Source of the DNA: Octopus sinensis
Taxonomy: Eukaryota
NCBI RefSeq assembly: GCF_006345805.1
Contig: NC_042997.1
Coordinates: forward strand, 117,862,001 to 117,926,000
Length of the DNA stretch: 64,000 nt
Reading direction: 5' to 3'
Made by a program: the position numbers and the translations under genes. The notes beneath the pieces were generated by a model, which saw nothing but the letters and a program-made list of their open reading frames with translations, did no database searches and was not told where the DNA came from. Numbering within the stretch: position 1 is the first letter of the stretch; the number at the start of each line of letters is the position of its first letter. Below are positions 28,201-42,717 of this stretch, one piece after another.

Positions 28201-29285
28201 GGCGGGTGTCCTTCCCGACAACCACTGGCTGATCAATTCCACAAGTATGAAATTTGGTAGAGAAGCCCCTTATAGTGTACATGCATATGGCTTGAAGTAT
28301 CAAAGACTTTTCCATTCTTTCTGAGCATCAAATTAACACACCTGTTCTCATCGTTTGATGTCTACATTTCCATGCTTCCATGGGTCAAAGAGAGTTTATT
28401 GAGGCAGATTTTCTACAGATGAATACCCTTCCTGTTGCCAAGCCAGCTCTAGATTATTTCCAAGCAAGGTAATATCCACAGCCAGGTATGTTCCCATAGA
28501 ATATTAGAATGATCAGGCTTGTACGACAGTGACACTCATTTACAATTATCACACAATATCAAGACAAGGAGAGACAAACACACACACACATATATACATA
28601 CATAGACACACACATCAACCAAATCCACTTGCAAGGCTTAGATCAGTCCATGACTATAGTAGATGACAGTTACCCATGGTGTCACGGAGTGGAATTGAGT
28701 CTCAAACTATGTGGTTGGGAAGCAAAGTTCTTAAACACTAGCCATGCCTATCTGCATGCACATGTGTGCGTGTGTATGTATACATATATATATATCACAT
28801 GACTGACTAGGCTATCAGATGTTGTCACACATTGCTGGTCACAATGTGCTTTTGCATTGTTTTAACCTTCAAATGACGCCAACCCCGCTGGCTAGACAAG
28901 CAGGCCAACATTCCCCACAATTTGAAAGGGGGGACTAGAGCAATATGCTATCAAGTGTTTTGCACAAAAACACAATGTGTTGCCCAATCAGGAAATTGAA
29001 CCCATGATCTAACAATCGGGAGTGCAACAGCTTAACCAGTAGGCCACAACTGTATGGGGACTGTTGGTGATTTTTTTTCCCTCTTTCTTCTGGACTTTCC
29101 TCTGTCTCCTGTTTCTAAAGAAGAGCTTTGCTTGAAACATAAAACAACCACTCTTTCTTTCCTTCTCTGAGCGTCTCATTAATACTTTGCATGTACTACG
29201 TCCTCAAGTTGTTGCTTTTTTTCTCCATTTTTTTAATTAATTGTTATACACACACATAAATATATATTACACACATCTATGTATG

Positions 29286-29705
29286 ACAACATACGGATGT
29301 GAGACCTGGACACTAAAGAAAGCTGACCAGAAGAGAATTAATGCATTCGAGCTTTGGTGTTGGAGAAGACTTTTACGGATTCCATGGACAGCGAGGCTCA
29401 ATAATGGAGAAGTTCTTAACCAGATCAAGCCGAAACTGTCGCTAGAAGCTAGGATCACCAAGCACAGATTGACATATTTTGGTCATATTATGCAGAGAAA
29501 ATCCCTGGAGAAGGACATCATGTTTGGAATGGTCAGTAGCAAGAGAGGAAGAGGCCAATCAAGAACCCGCTGGCTTAACAACATTAAGAGTGACATGGGA
29601 ATGGCCATAGCCAATCTGAAAGAAGCGACCCGGGATAGAACTGGCTGGAGGACACTGATCCATCGAGTAACCGAGAGTCGACTTCGACTGAGCAGATAGA
29701 TAGAT
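29286..29705 (+). mobile_element. RTE-clade LINE 3' fragment, BovB-like
   Basis: YGCETWTLKKADQKRINAFELWCWRRLLRIPWTAR...YFGHIM...RGRGQSRTRWL...DRTGWRTLIHRVTESRLRLSR*, followed by an AGAT-type tail. Confidence 0.85.
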
Positions 29706-30442
29706 GTATGACAGCATGTGTTCCACTTGTTTTGACTTGTACATGCTGATTGTAAACAAAAGTCACCATTCATACAGTGCTGTCTGTCTGCAACCTTCCA
29801 CAAAAGCATGACCAGCTGTTCATTGTTCAACAGACAAGGGGAAACATTACCTTGCATAGAAAGCGACAAGGGTTGGCAACGTGAAGAGCATTCAGCAATA
29901 GAAAACTGTACATTAACATCTCACTGGACCCTTCAAGCATGGAAAAGCAGATGTTAGATCAGTAATGATGAGTTATAGAAATATTTCGTTGTTATGTCCA
30001 TTTTTAAGGCAGAAAACTGGCAGAATTTTTAGCATGCCAGGCAAAATGTTTCATGGAATTTCATCCGATTTTGAGTTCTAAAGTCAAATTATGCTGAGGT
30101 TGACTTTGCCTTTCAAGGTCAATGAAATAGGCACCAGTCAAGCACTGGGGTCAACTGGCCTCCTCACCCAACATTTCAGCCCTTGAGCCTATAGTATAAA
30201 GGATTATCTCACTTTGTTGATTCAAGAAACAATTTCATAGAAATGCTGTAGTTTACGAAATCATTAAGCTTTATAATGTTTTTTATTTTATTTGTTTCAG
30301 TTATTGGATTATAGTCATGTTAGGGCATCATCTTGAAGAGTTTTTAGTCAATTGTATCAACCCTAATATGTATTTTAAAACATGATACTAATTTTAGTAA
30401 CCAATGTTTACCACACTGTTAAGTCATACTTAGAGCCATTTC

Positions 30443-30672
30443 AAGGGCGGCAAGCTGGCAGAAACGTTAGCACGCCGAGCGAAATGTTTAGCAGTATTTT
30501 GTCTGTTTTTACATTCTGAGTTCAAATTCCGCCGAGGTCGACTTTGCCTTTCATCCTTTCAGGGTTGATAAATTAAGTACCAGTTGCACACTGGGGTCGA
30601 TGTAATCGACTTAATCCCTTTGTCTGTCCTTGTTTGGCCCCCCTCTATGTTCAGCCCCTTGTGGGCAATAAA
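30443..30672 (+). mobile_element. SINE family B (representative monomer)
   Basis: aagggcggcaagctggcagaaacgttagc...gagttcaaattccgccgaggtcgactttgcctttcatcctttc.gggt.gata...gtaccag... Many copies across the window (for example 18380-18570, 45670-46090, 50745-50960, 55596-56040, 59400-59630). Confidence 0.85.
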
Positions 30673-31536
30673 TAAATAACTTAGAGCCATTTTAGTAGTA
30701 TTATGGGTCCCCAAGCTAATCAATGCACAGGGTCCAACAATATTTATTTATTTAACAACATAGCATACATAGATCAGAACTGGGTCACCAGACCCACAAG
30801 GTGCTGAAATGACTGGCCAAGTGTGCCCATGCCCCTGACATTGGTCATATGACATAAACACTGTTTTTTCAAACTGTTTCAATGCAAAGCCAGACAGACA
30901 CACACCAACACACATACAATAGGCTTCTGCATAGTTTCCACTTACCATTTTCACTCATAAGCTCTAAATCCAACTGAGGCTATGATAGAAGACACTTGTC
31001 TAAGATGTCACACAGTAGGACAGAACCCAAGACCATATGTTTGTGAAGCAAACTTCTTAACCACGCAACCATGTAATGAAGCTCTCAACACATTTAGCTG
31101 AAGGGATCACCCTGAAGACCATCTTTTATAGTGTACTCAGATTAGAAAACCCCACAGGGAAAGCTGAACTCAGCACTGCAAGTTTACAAACTACTTGTCA
31201 TTTCCAGCACTACCACTGCTTGGAATGGTAAATTGTTCCTAACCTGTGGTACTTATGTTTAGCCAGATGGACTGAGTCGATTGAACATTAGATGTTTTAG
31301 CCATGACCACAGCTTCATATTACCAATGAAAATAATAAGCTCTCTAGGCATTATTTCAGCCAAGTTCTTTATTAGAAGACTAAAAGAGAAAAAAACCCCA
31401 CTTGTATCTGTTTGACAACAAAAGGAATATTGGTAAGTGGAAACACCTTACAGGACAAGCAGACAACAGGAGAAATCTTCAGAGGAAGAACTCTCACCAA
31501 CCAAGTGTTTCAGCCTGTTAGTTCCAGACACTTTAA

Positions 31537-31740
31537 CCCTTTTGTTACCAACCCGGTTGAAGCCAACTCTGGCCCTGAGTACAAATGTCTTATTTTCATA
31601 AGTTTTCAATTAAAATCTTCCACTAAACCTTCCTAACACTAGCTAAATGATAACTAAGTTATTTTACTAAATTCTTTGTTATATTTAAAGTAATTGAAAG
31701 AAACACAGAGCATCTCAAAATAAATACAGTAACGAAAGGG
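31537..31740 (+). mobile_element. piggyBac-derived MITE family 1
   Basis: TTAA|CCCTTTTGTTACCAACC...ATACAGTAACGAAAGGG|TTAG. Termini match the 54284-55349 element. Confidence 0.8.
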
Positions 31741-31771
31741 TTAGAATATATAATAGAGAAGCAATTCTTAA

Positions 31772-31988
31772 TCCTTTTGTTACCAACCCAGTTGAAACCG
31801 GCTCTGGCTCTGAGTACAAAAGTCTTGCTTCCATAAGTTTTGAATTAAAATCTACCAAACCTTAGTCACAGTTTATGTTCCTAACACAAGCTTGATGATA
31901 ACTAAGTTATTTTACTAAATTCTTTGTTATATTTAAAGTAACTGAAAGAAACACAGAGCATCTCAAAATAAATACAGCAACGAAAGGG
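31772..31988 (+). mobile_element. piggyBac-derived MITE family 1
   Basis: TTAA-flanked on both sides, same internal sequence as 31537-31740. Confidence 0.8.
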
Positions 31989-32354
31989 TTAAGGGAGCAG
32001 GACCCATTCTGATCATGATCCTTAAGTGTTTTCAAAATGCCACTTTTAGCAGGGATTGAACCTGGAACTTCAGGATGATCTTATTTCCCTGAGCTGTGGT
32101 GTATATCATTTGGTCATGAAGACCACCAAGAGAACTTGCACTGTAGATTGTTTTCAAGCTGGATTGTTGTAGTATAAGGTTAACATTTTGCAAGGTATTC
32201 TGCAGGGATGATAGAAATATTTGAAAGACAACTCTATTAACATAATTTATGTGAAGGTTTAAATCAGATCAAACCATTTACAGAAGAAAAAAAAATTAAT
32301 AAATAAATAAAAAGTATTGAGAAATAATTGTTCAAAAATTCAAATAAGTTAGAT

Positions 32355-32644
32355 CAGTGATTCCCAAAGTGGATAGTACTTCCCCTTTCGGGGTCGGTGG
32401 AAAATTCAGAGGGGCATTAAAGAAAATTGAGATGATAATGGGGTGGCCAAAATGGTGTGATAGATGTAAAACAATTAAAAATATTAATTGGTAAATTAGG
32501 TTTTTACTTGTATTTGTGAAATACAGCTGTTTTGAATTTGCTGTGGAATGTGGTCTATATTTTGGTTGGGGAGGGTTAGGGGGCACTAGGAATGTGGTCC
32601 AGGTGCCAAGGGGGTGGCAGCCTGAAAACGTTTGGGAACTATGG
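32355..32644 (+). mobile_element. hAT-type MITE
   Basis: CAGTGATTCCCAAA...TTTGGGAACTATGG termini with an exact 8-bp TSD AGTTAGAT (32347-54 and 32645-52). Confidence 0.78.
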
Positions 32645-35024
32645 AGTTAGATGATACCTAATTGAAGGTAACACCAACATAATATAATAGATTATTAGAG
32701 ATATTCCTTTCAGGATCTAGCTTTCATGTATTAGGAACAGATTACGGTATAAAGAGCCCTATAAATGAACGAATGAATAAGGGCCCCTGTTACAACCACC
32801 ATTCTTTGCTACACACTGCAGTCTTGTGCTGTTAACCAAGAGCCCTATTCTGGTCCTAATATCCTAACTTGTTCCAAATACTTTATATGGAATCATGGGC
32901 AAAACAAATATGAAGGGACTCGCTTTAAATACAGACAACAAATGACTGCTTCGTGTATTCAGCTCACAGTTGTAAGGTCATGGGTTCAATTCCAGCTGAT
33001 GCATTGTGTTCTTAAACAAGACACTTTATTTCACATTGCACCAGTCCACTCAGCTGGTAAAAATGAGTAGTACCTGTATTTCAAAGGGCCAGCCTTGTCA
33101 CACTATGTCACACTGAATCCCCTTGAGAACAACATTAAGGGTATGCATGTCTGTGGAGTCCTCAGTCACTTGCACATTAATTTCATGAGCAGGTTGTTAA
33201 TTTGATTGGATCAATTAAGAACATTCATTGTCATAACTCACAGAGTGCCAGTTAATTGTTGTAATCAGCAGGAATGGTTTATAATTAATTAATGAGTCTT
33301 TTGTTAGCTTTCAGAGCTAAATACAACATAAATGTTCACATGAATTAAATATCTACAGGGGACTAGCATCCTTACCAGGAAGAATAGTGTTTCTAATCTG
33401 CCTAGTACTAGCTCAGTTGGGTCCCATTATATTGTGACATCCATCTAAAAATGATGGAAATGAAGAAAATAATTCTAAAAATAAAATAACAAAACACTAA
33501 AATTATAATGACTGCAGTGAGCAATCAGGCTATTTCATAATGACTATATCAGTTTCTTAATTAACCATGTCAAAATTAAATCATTCAATCAAAAAATGCA
33601 AAAAGTGCAATGTGATATTAAATTTATAATTGTGGATACAAGAGTTTTGGAGGTCTTCCCTTCATCCACAGCACTTTTAATTTGTGATTTCTTTGGGTTA
33701 AAGAGAGAGAGAGAGAGATGTGGTCAACTGAATGTAACCTCAGCATATAAGTGGTATTTAGCTGGATGGAAATAAAATGACAAGAAATGTGTAGAAAGGG
33801 ATGTAAAATGTACTCTAGCCTGATGTAACGAAACATGTCCCAAGTTGTCTTCCATACCTGAGAGAAAAATAATTCTTTCTTTCATCGCTAAATTAATTTT
33901 GCTGAGGAGGTCAGAATAAAAGTGAAACAAGTTCAGAGTTAACTCTTATGTACAAAAGAAACGTCTGAGATATTCTTTCTTCACTACAACAGTTAGTTTT
34001 CATAATGTCATATGCATATATTAGTTAGTTAATAATCTTTAATTAAAACCCTACCAGACCATTCCATCATCAATGGTCCATAACAGTCCAACAATTACTG
34101 GTATCTTTGCACACATTTCTTGACACAACATTGCAAAATTTAAAAATAAAAAAGACAATTTCATGTTTTGTTTGTGGCATTCTTCTCTTACCTTTTTTTT
34201 TTAATTTCAAAATCTTTTTTCCTTTATTTTTTAAAATTCTTCTTTAATTTGTCCAGTGGTTCAAATTGATATTTTCATTAAAAAAAGATTTTTTTTTGTT
34301 TTTTGGAATGATTAAACAAAATGCTCTATATAATAATAATAATAATGATAATAATAATAATAAATACTACAGTTGATTCAAAAAATATAACAACAAAAAA
34401 TAATTTTATAAAAGCAGGTATAAATTAAAAATATAACAAATAACAGAAAAAAAGCTCAAATGAATAAACAAAAAAGAATTGAAATGTTAAATGAGCCTTC
34501 AATTTGGTCTATGCTTCTAAAGAACAAGAATGAACTCGTGTTGGAATACTGAGAAGTCAAAGAATAGAACTTAGTGTAAATTTATAAATATTCTTTCTAA
34601 ATTTGGCACAAGGCCAGTCGTTTTGGAGGGGAGAGAGAAGTCAATTACATTGACCCCAGTACACGACTGGTACTTGTTTTATCAACCCTTGAAAGGATGA
34701 AAGGCTAAGTTGACCTCGGCGACATTTGAACTCAGAATGTCAAGGGCTGATAAAAATGTCCAGCATGGTAATGATTCTGCCAGCCCGCCACTTTATGTTA
34801 GTTTATGAATATAAACAAGGAATTGCATCAAGAATGCGATAAGGGATACGGTAAGAGATAATTAACCCCGTCTTTTGAGATGAAATACTTTATATTTAAT
34901 CTTCACATTTACACTTCATTTTAATCAGACTAATCTCCAATTCATCATCAGATATCCTATTCTTGAATAACTAGATTAAAAGATCAAAACTAGGAACTTT
35001 TATTTCTAAGCTAATATTTGCAAT

Positions 35025-35154
35025 GCTGTGTACTATATATATATACATACACACATTATAATATATATATTATATATATATACATTATAATATATATACA
35101 TATATAGATACATTATAATATATATACATATAGATACATTATATATATATACAT

Positions 35155-35190
<36 letters not shown>

Positions 35191-35212
35191 CTATATACTA
35201 TATATATATTAC

Positions 35213-35244
<32 letters not shown>

Positions 35245-35362
35245 TATAATATATATATATATTATAATATATATATACATATATATATATACTATATGTA
35301 TATATATATATATTATATATATATACATACACACATTATAATATATATACATATATAGATAC

Positions 35363-35416
<54 letters not shown>

Positions 35417-35452
35417 TATATGTACTATATATATATATACATATATAGATAC

Positions 35453-35492
<40 letters not shown>

Positions 35493-35548
35493 TATATGTA
35501 CTATATATATACTATATGTACTATATATATATATACATATATAGATAC

Positions 35549-35587
<39 letters not shown>

Positions 35588-35614
35588 TATATGTACTATA
35601 TATATATATACAGA

Positions 35615-35682
<68 letters not shown>

Positions 35683-35718
35683 TATATGTACTATATATAT
35701 ATATACATATATAGATAC

Positions 35719-35771
<53 letters not shown>

Positions 35772-36140
35772 TAGATACATTATAATATATAATATATATA
35801 TATATATATATACTATATGTACTATATATATATAATAATATATATACATTATATATATATATAATATATATATATATATGTATATATATATACTATATGT
35901 ACTATATATATATATATATACTATATGTACTATATATATATAATAATATATATATACATTATAATATATATATATATTGTATATATATATATACTATATG
36001 TACTATATATATATATATATACTATATGTACTATATATATATATACTATATGTACTATATATATATAATAATATATATATACATTATAATTAATAATATA
36101 TATATATATATACATTATAATATATATATATATATATATA
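35025..36140. repeat. 1.1-kb compound (TA)n microsatellite with recurrent tactatatg and agatacattata motifs
   Basis: Directly visible low-complexity tract. Confidence 0.97.
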
Positions 36141-38345
36141 CAGGAATAAGACACTGCATGGTACCAGGCTAGATTTGAACCAGGAAGCTTTATTTCTAAG
36201 CCAATGGTTTTAAAGCTTTATACTATTTATACAGGGTTGGCCAAAAGTCACCTGACAGAAATCAAAACCATTTGATTCCAAGGTTTATTTATGTTTAACA
36301 ACTGAATGAATTTAACAAAAGCGTCTAAATATGAAACATCATGAAAAAGTCCTTCTTGAATGACACATTTTACCATTCCAGTCAATACAGAATTACAGAT
36401 AGTATTTATGGAATTTTGATTTACTGTCGGGTGACTTTTGGCCGTCTCTGTATATATCCAAGAATAAGACATTTGATTACTGGAAATGAAACTGATCTAA
36501 ACACAGTGCAGATATAAATAGTGGTTCCAAAATTTGGCACAAGGCCAGCAACTCCAGGAGAGGGGCTAAGCTGAATATATCAACCCCAGAACTCAACTGG
36601 AACTTATTTTATCAACCTCAAAAGGATGAAAGGCAAAGTCAACCTTAGTGGAATTTAAATTCAGAATGTAAAATACATTTTGCCTGGCATGCTAACCATT
36701 CTGCCAGCTTGCTGCCTTGATGTGTAGATATAAATATTAATAAATGCTTCATCTCTAAGGATGAAGTTAATCGCTAGAAAAATCAACTATTATAATTAAC
36801 AATAATTATAATTAATAGCAACCCATCTGAGATATTTAAATATTCAATGATAAGAGATGATTTAATTAATTATTTCTTTTACTTTATTTATTTTTTAATT
36901 ATTTCATTTTATAATAATAATAATGCTATCTTTTTAGTTAAAATTCCTGGCTACTGGGAAACGGTTTTCCAGCAATATTTTTTATGATTACAGTGCCCAG
37001 TATGACCACAGCCAACTGGTCAAGAAAAGGATTAATTTATCCAAAGTAAGAACATCATGAAAGATTCTCTAAAAGACAGTTCTGGAATGAAAGAGAGCCA
37101 TAAATATAGCCAAATTCCAATACTCAAAAGTGCCATAAAATATATTTATATTTCCTCATGTTAGTTAAATTTTTAAAATAGCAGCAGATTTGTCATAAAA
37201 TAAATTTAGTCTGCTACACGTCGAAATTTCTTTTTTTATTTTAAAAAATATTTTTAAATAATTTCTGAAATTAAGTTTAATCATTTCGTTTTAAAAAATG
37301 TGAAACTGTGAATTCTGAGGAAAACTAGTGATGGTCTGCCGTCAATAAGCGGTTAAAGTACAAAATGTTTACAACATGGAATAAATTAATTTGTCGTGGG
37401 AAAGAGACAAAGTTGAATGATTTGAACAGGACCTTTTCCAAAATAATTTGAAAAGAACTGTATGGTGTGGTGGTGGTGTTGTGGGCTAATATGTTCGGAG
37501 AAATCTTTTACTTTCAAGAAAATGTAACAACAACAGATCATTTTGTATTAAATGACTTCGGTGTGAAATGGAAAGGAATGAATGTTTCAACTTCACTGAC
37601 AACAAGAGTGAGAAATTGCTCTGTTCAGTATCAAGCATTAACCATTAACCCTTTAAGTCAGCCATATCTGGCCCAAATATTCTACCTGTTTTATGTTCAT
37701 TGTACGGTAGGTGTGCGAGGCCAGATCCAGCCTCTCACACCTACCCTATGATGTCATTCTAAAAATAAACTCACATCATTGAAATCTCGAAGCTACGAGA
37801 CGGTGCGTGATTAATCGAAAACAATGTGAATAAACAAGCATCGCATTTGAGTGAGTGACCTGAATGCTAAAGAATTAAAAGTTTCAAATCTGGTTTCAAT
37901 CAGTAAAAGATTTAACCAATAACAAACCTTGATTTATAGACAGAAAAAAGGGTACACTTATTAATGCTAGCCAAATTGTAGTCATGGGACTGAGCAGAAG
38001 GATTTTACAGTAGCTGTCTTAGCCTTCTCTGATCAGAAGAAAACTGACAGTGTCCTATCTTATTAGTAAGACACTCATCAGCTGTATAATAAATATAGTT
38101 TTCAAATAAATATACATCAAAGCATGTGATATAAAAATGCTCAAAAAAGGAAAAAAACACAAGAAAAAAATCACTCTCACTGCCACCACCACCACCAAAC
38201 ACAAAACAAACAAACTGAATTATTTATAAGACAATCTGTTTGTTTGTGTTTGACTTTTTTTGTGCAGTTTTCTTGCTTTCTCTTTAACAAAAGAACAAAA
38301 TGATTGCAGAAATATATATAACAAAATGACTGCAGTTAATCTTAC

Positions 38346-38376
<31 letters not shown>

Positions 38377-38680
38377 CACTTGGAAATGGATGCGTTGTGT
38401 TCAATTAAATAATAAATAATATGTAAATATATACATGCATATATGGGTACAGGATGACGTCCCTAACGGTGCTATGTATTTCATGTTATTTGCACCATTG
38501 GTGACGTCCTGTACCTATATATGCATGTATATATAAATATGATATATACATATATATATATATATGTATGTATATATAAATAAATACGATATATACATAT
38601 ATATATATAAATATATATACATACATATATACAGATATATATACATACATATATACAGATATATATACATACATATATAC

Positions 38681-38734
<54 letters not shown>

Positions 38735-38932
38735 CATGTGTGGATGTGACTTAATTAAAGATGTGCATTATTCGTTAATATAGTACAGTACAAAAGTTGA
38801 TATTGCACAAAATTTTAAAAATAATAAAAACTTACTTAATGCAAATGCATCGGTGAAACCGTTTTAAGAACTAAGTCCGTTTGTTGGATCATTGTATGCA
38901 GCAGAGAGTAATTAAATAAAATGCGTTCCCAA

Positions 38933-39123
38933 TTAATTAAGTCCAATGGACTCCATACACCCACTGTTACCTTGTAAAGACAAGCCACCAATGATATAAA
39001 GCCGTCCGTCGTACATCGTATAAGCACACGAGCTATGTGAGCTTGGAATATCTGAGAGAGTCGACCAGGTGCCGCTTGTAGGGTCATAACATTCCACAAC
39101 ACTCAAAGGTCGACCCAAATTTC
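38933..39123 (-). CDS. KLHDC8: KLHDC8-like coding exon 5 (terminal, 191 nt)
   Basis: ttttctcag|GA AAT TTG. Encodes (G)NLGRPLSVVECYDPTSGTWSTLSDIPSSHSSCAYTMYDGRLYIIGGLSLQGNSGCMESIGLN, TAA. The five exons sum to 1026 nt = 341 aa plus stop. Confidence 0.92.
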
Positions 39124-41593
39124 CTGAGAAAAGACAGAAGGAAATAACAAAAAAACAATTGACAATCAGGTGAAATTCCTTATTCATTAATTTTTTTTAG
39201 TTGTGTTAGTCAGTCAGTCATTGATTTGCTGCTATGTTGGAGTAACACTACCCATTTCTTTACTACCCACAAGGGGCTACACACAGAGGGGACAAACAAG
39301 GACAGACAAACAGATTAAGTCGATTATATCGACCCCCAGTGCATAACTGGTACTTAATTTATCGAACCCGAAAGGATGAAAGGCAAAGTTGACCTCGGCG
39401 GAATTTGAACTCAGAAGGTAAAGACAGACGAAATACCTATATCTTTACTACCCACAAGGGGCAACACACAGAGGGGACAAACAGATTAAGTCCATTATAT
39501 CAACCCCAGTGCGTAGGTAAAGTTGACCTCAGCTGAATTTGAACTCAGAACGTTAACGGCAGACGAAATACCGCTAAGCATTTCGCCCGGCGTGGTAACG
39601 TTTTTGCCAGCTCACCGCCTGGGGTAACACTACCTTGAAGGGTTAAGTTCAGTTGTGGGCAAACTGTGACTTGTGGGACTTTCTAAAGGGTATGTCTAAC
39701 AAAAAAATTTACTGAGAATTTTTTTTAGTAGTGAGGTCCACCTGTTAACGAGCCAGGTCTCATGTGGCCAGCTTTCAATAAAGGTTGCTCGTACCTGGTT
39801 TAGCCAATCAAATAAAACTCAGCATTTATTTTATTAGTCACTTTTAGTTGAACTGCTATGTTATGGGTGACATAAACAAACACCTGTTGGCAAGCAGTTA
39901 CAGACAATTACAACACACACACACACGCACGCACACAGAGGCTCTCACACAATTTTCAACCAAATTCGACTCACAAGGCATTCATTGATCTGGGCCTATA
40001 GGACACTTGGCCAAGGTGCTGTTCAGGGGGACTGAACCTAAAATCATGTGGTTGCAAAGTGTACTTCACCACACAGCTACAGCTATGTGATAAAAAACAA
40101 AAAAAATGTAAATGACATTAAATGTAAAAAGCACACTTGTGTTATGAAACAAATATTTTAAAATATCTATGTATCATGCTTAATGTGAATACACAGTTGA
40201 AGGGCAAATTTACTATTGTTTTTGTCCAGAGATAACATCTCTTACAGATGTGCTGTGTTTAAAATCACAATATATAACACACTGGCAAGTGGAGGCCCAA
40301 TGGTTAGGGCAGTGGACTCGCGGTTTCGATTCCCAGACTGGGCGTTGTGTGTGTTTATTGAATGAAAACACCTGAAGCTCCACGAGGCTCCGGCAGGGGC
40401 TGGTGGCAACCCCTGTTGTACTCTTTCGCTCCAACTTCCTCTCACTCTTTCTTCCTGTTTCATGTCCCCGACTTCCTATGCAACCACTGAGCCTGGATGC
40501 GCATTCATCCATCTGTCGATGCGCTCGGTGTCGGGGGTTGACCTGCTTTCTCTTTTGCGGGTCTTACGAATAGCAAAGGACCACGTTTCGGACTTCTCCC
40601 ACTACAGAGGCGTGATCCTGCGAGCTCTGGGACGAAGACCGCTTCGCTCAACAAACAAACAAACACTGGCAAGCTGGAGGACTGCACCAGCTCCAGTCTG
40701 ATTTGGCATGGTTTCTACAGCTGGATGCCATTCCTCATGCTAACCACTTTACAGAGTGGTGCAGGATGCTTTTACATGGCAACAGCACGAATACTTTTTA
40801 TATGGCACTGGCATAAGACTCTAGCAGGCTAATCCTCTTTGCCAGGGGGAGCGGCCTTAACACTTCAGCTGTGGAGTATAGGGGTCTTCTTGAGTAACAA
40901 TATGGGCAGCTGTTTGCAATCCCAATACATGTTTTTCACTGTTTTCCTATACATAAGAGGTAACAAACCTCAATTAACCATGTGGATGGATGTGAGTACA
41001 TGCCATTGTTGGAGCCCAAAGAGGCTGAAATTCATCTAGCATTCTCGATAGCAACGGCCGGGACAATTTTCTTCTTTCATGCCGGGCGAAATGCTTAGCG
41101 GTATTTTGTCTGTCTTTATGTTCTGAGTTCAAATTCTGCTGAGGGTTGACTTTGCCTTTCATCCTTTTGGGGTCGATAAATTAAGTATCAGTTGCATACT
41201 GGGGTCAATCTAGTCGACTGGCCCTGTCCCCAAAAATTTTGGGGCTTGTACCAAGAGTAGAAAAGAATTTTTTTCTTTCTCTGATATATATTGTTTTGAA
41301 ACAGCACATCCATAACAGATGTTATCTCTCGATGATTACAGCAGTAAATTTGCCTTTCAACCATGTATTTACATTAAGTATGATACACAGAAAGCTATTT
41401 TAATCAAATACTAATTCTATTGCATATAACTTAGCAACTCAGTAAAAGAGATCAACAGAATAAGTACCAGACTTAAAAAGTAAGTACTGGGGTTGATTTG
41501 TTTGATTAAACCCTTCAAGATGCTGCCCCAGTTTGAACATAACCACAGTCCAATGACTGAAACAAGTAAAAAACAATCCATTCCGGTACTTAC

Positions 41594-41686
41594 CAAATCC
41601 TCCAGCACATACAATTTTTCCAGCAATCATACCAATTGCAAAATCCCCTCGTTTAGTAGGCATTGGCGGACAGGTCACCCAACTAT
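41594..41686 (-). CDS. KLHDC8: KLHDC8-like coding exon 4 (93 nt)
   Basis: ttcacag|AT AGT TGG ... TTT G|GTAAG. Encodes (N)SWVTCPPMPTKRGDFAIGMIAGKIVCAGGF. Confidence 0.92.
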
Positions 41687-42717
41687 CTGTGAAGAATTAC
41701 ATAAGAACATAAATCAGTGGAAGATCATTTATTCTGCAAACCAAGACACCCATATATGTCCCTACTATACTTTAAATCTCTCAACTGGCACAAAGTCACA
41801 CCCTCTCAATACTACCCCATCTCCAAGTTGAGTGGTTTTCTATTCTGATCTGTTAGTAACTACTACAATACACAATGAGGCCTGCCAAAACAGTAACATC
41901 AACCCTGACCTAGTTAAATGGAACCCTGATTTCGGACAGCAATCAGTGTAAAGCCGAGGACAACCGCTCAAGCTTACAAACAGATCAGATTTTAGTTTCT
42001 AAACAAGCTCTCCCTACCACCCACAGGACCCTAACTAACAAACAACTGACTGCATTCAGTTTGTTTTGAAACTAGCCAAATGGACAGACCCTGAAGATGC
42101 TGCACAGAAAATCATGCCCAGCTGCATGTTTAACTGCCCATACTTCATGTGGAAACATGTGTAGGTCACAACCACCATAAAAATATGCTGTATGAAATTA
42201 TAAAATAAGAGGAAATAAATCTTGAGGATGAACAGAAGCCCATATTCATCATCATCATTTAACGTCCGTTTTCCATGCTAGCATGGGTTGGACATTTCGA
42301 ACGGGGTCTGGGAAGTCAGGAGGCTGCACCAGGCTCCAGTCTGATCTGGCAGTGTTTCTACAGCTGGATGCCCTTCCTAACGCCAACCACTCCGAGAGTG
42401 TAGTAGTGGGTGCTTTTTACTTGCCACCGGCACAGGTGCCAGGGGAGGCTGGCAACGGCCATGATTGGTTGGTGCTTTTTATGTGCCACCGGCACGGAAG
42501 CCAGTCAAGGTGATATTATTATAATTATTGCTAATATATATATATATATATTTCAAAAGTTAGACAGCGAAGGGAAAATAGATGAAAACTGGGTGAGAAC
42601 ATAACAGACAGAAAAGGGAGACAAAAACACCAATACAAGGAACATTAACAGCTGATTTTTTCATCAGTTGGTTTCCAAGATGTCTTTGTGGTTTCATGCT
42701 ATTCAAATATCTATATA

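Noticed and set aside
38020-38075. TGATGA...hairpin...CTGA on the minus strand (C/D snoRNA-like or hammerhead-like)
   Set aside because: Only about 50 nt between boxes, no terminal stem, and no GAAA after the hairpin.
41870-42020. Possible LINE C-terminal relic (PDLVKWNPDFG...RGQPLK)
   Set aside because: Too degenerate (stops and shifts) to call from sequence alone.
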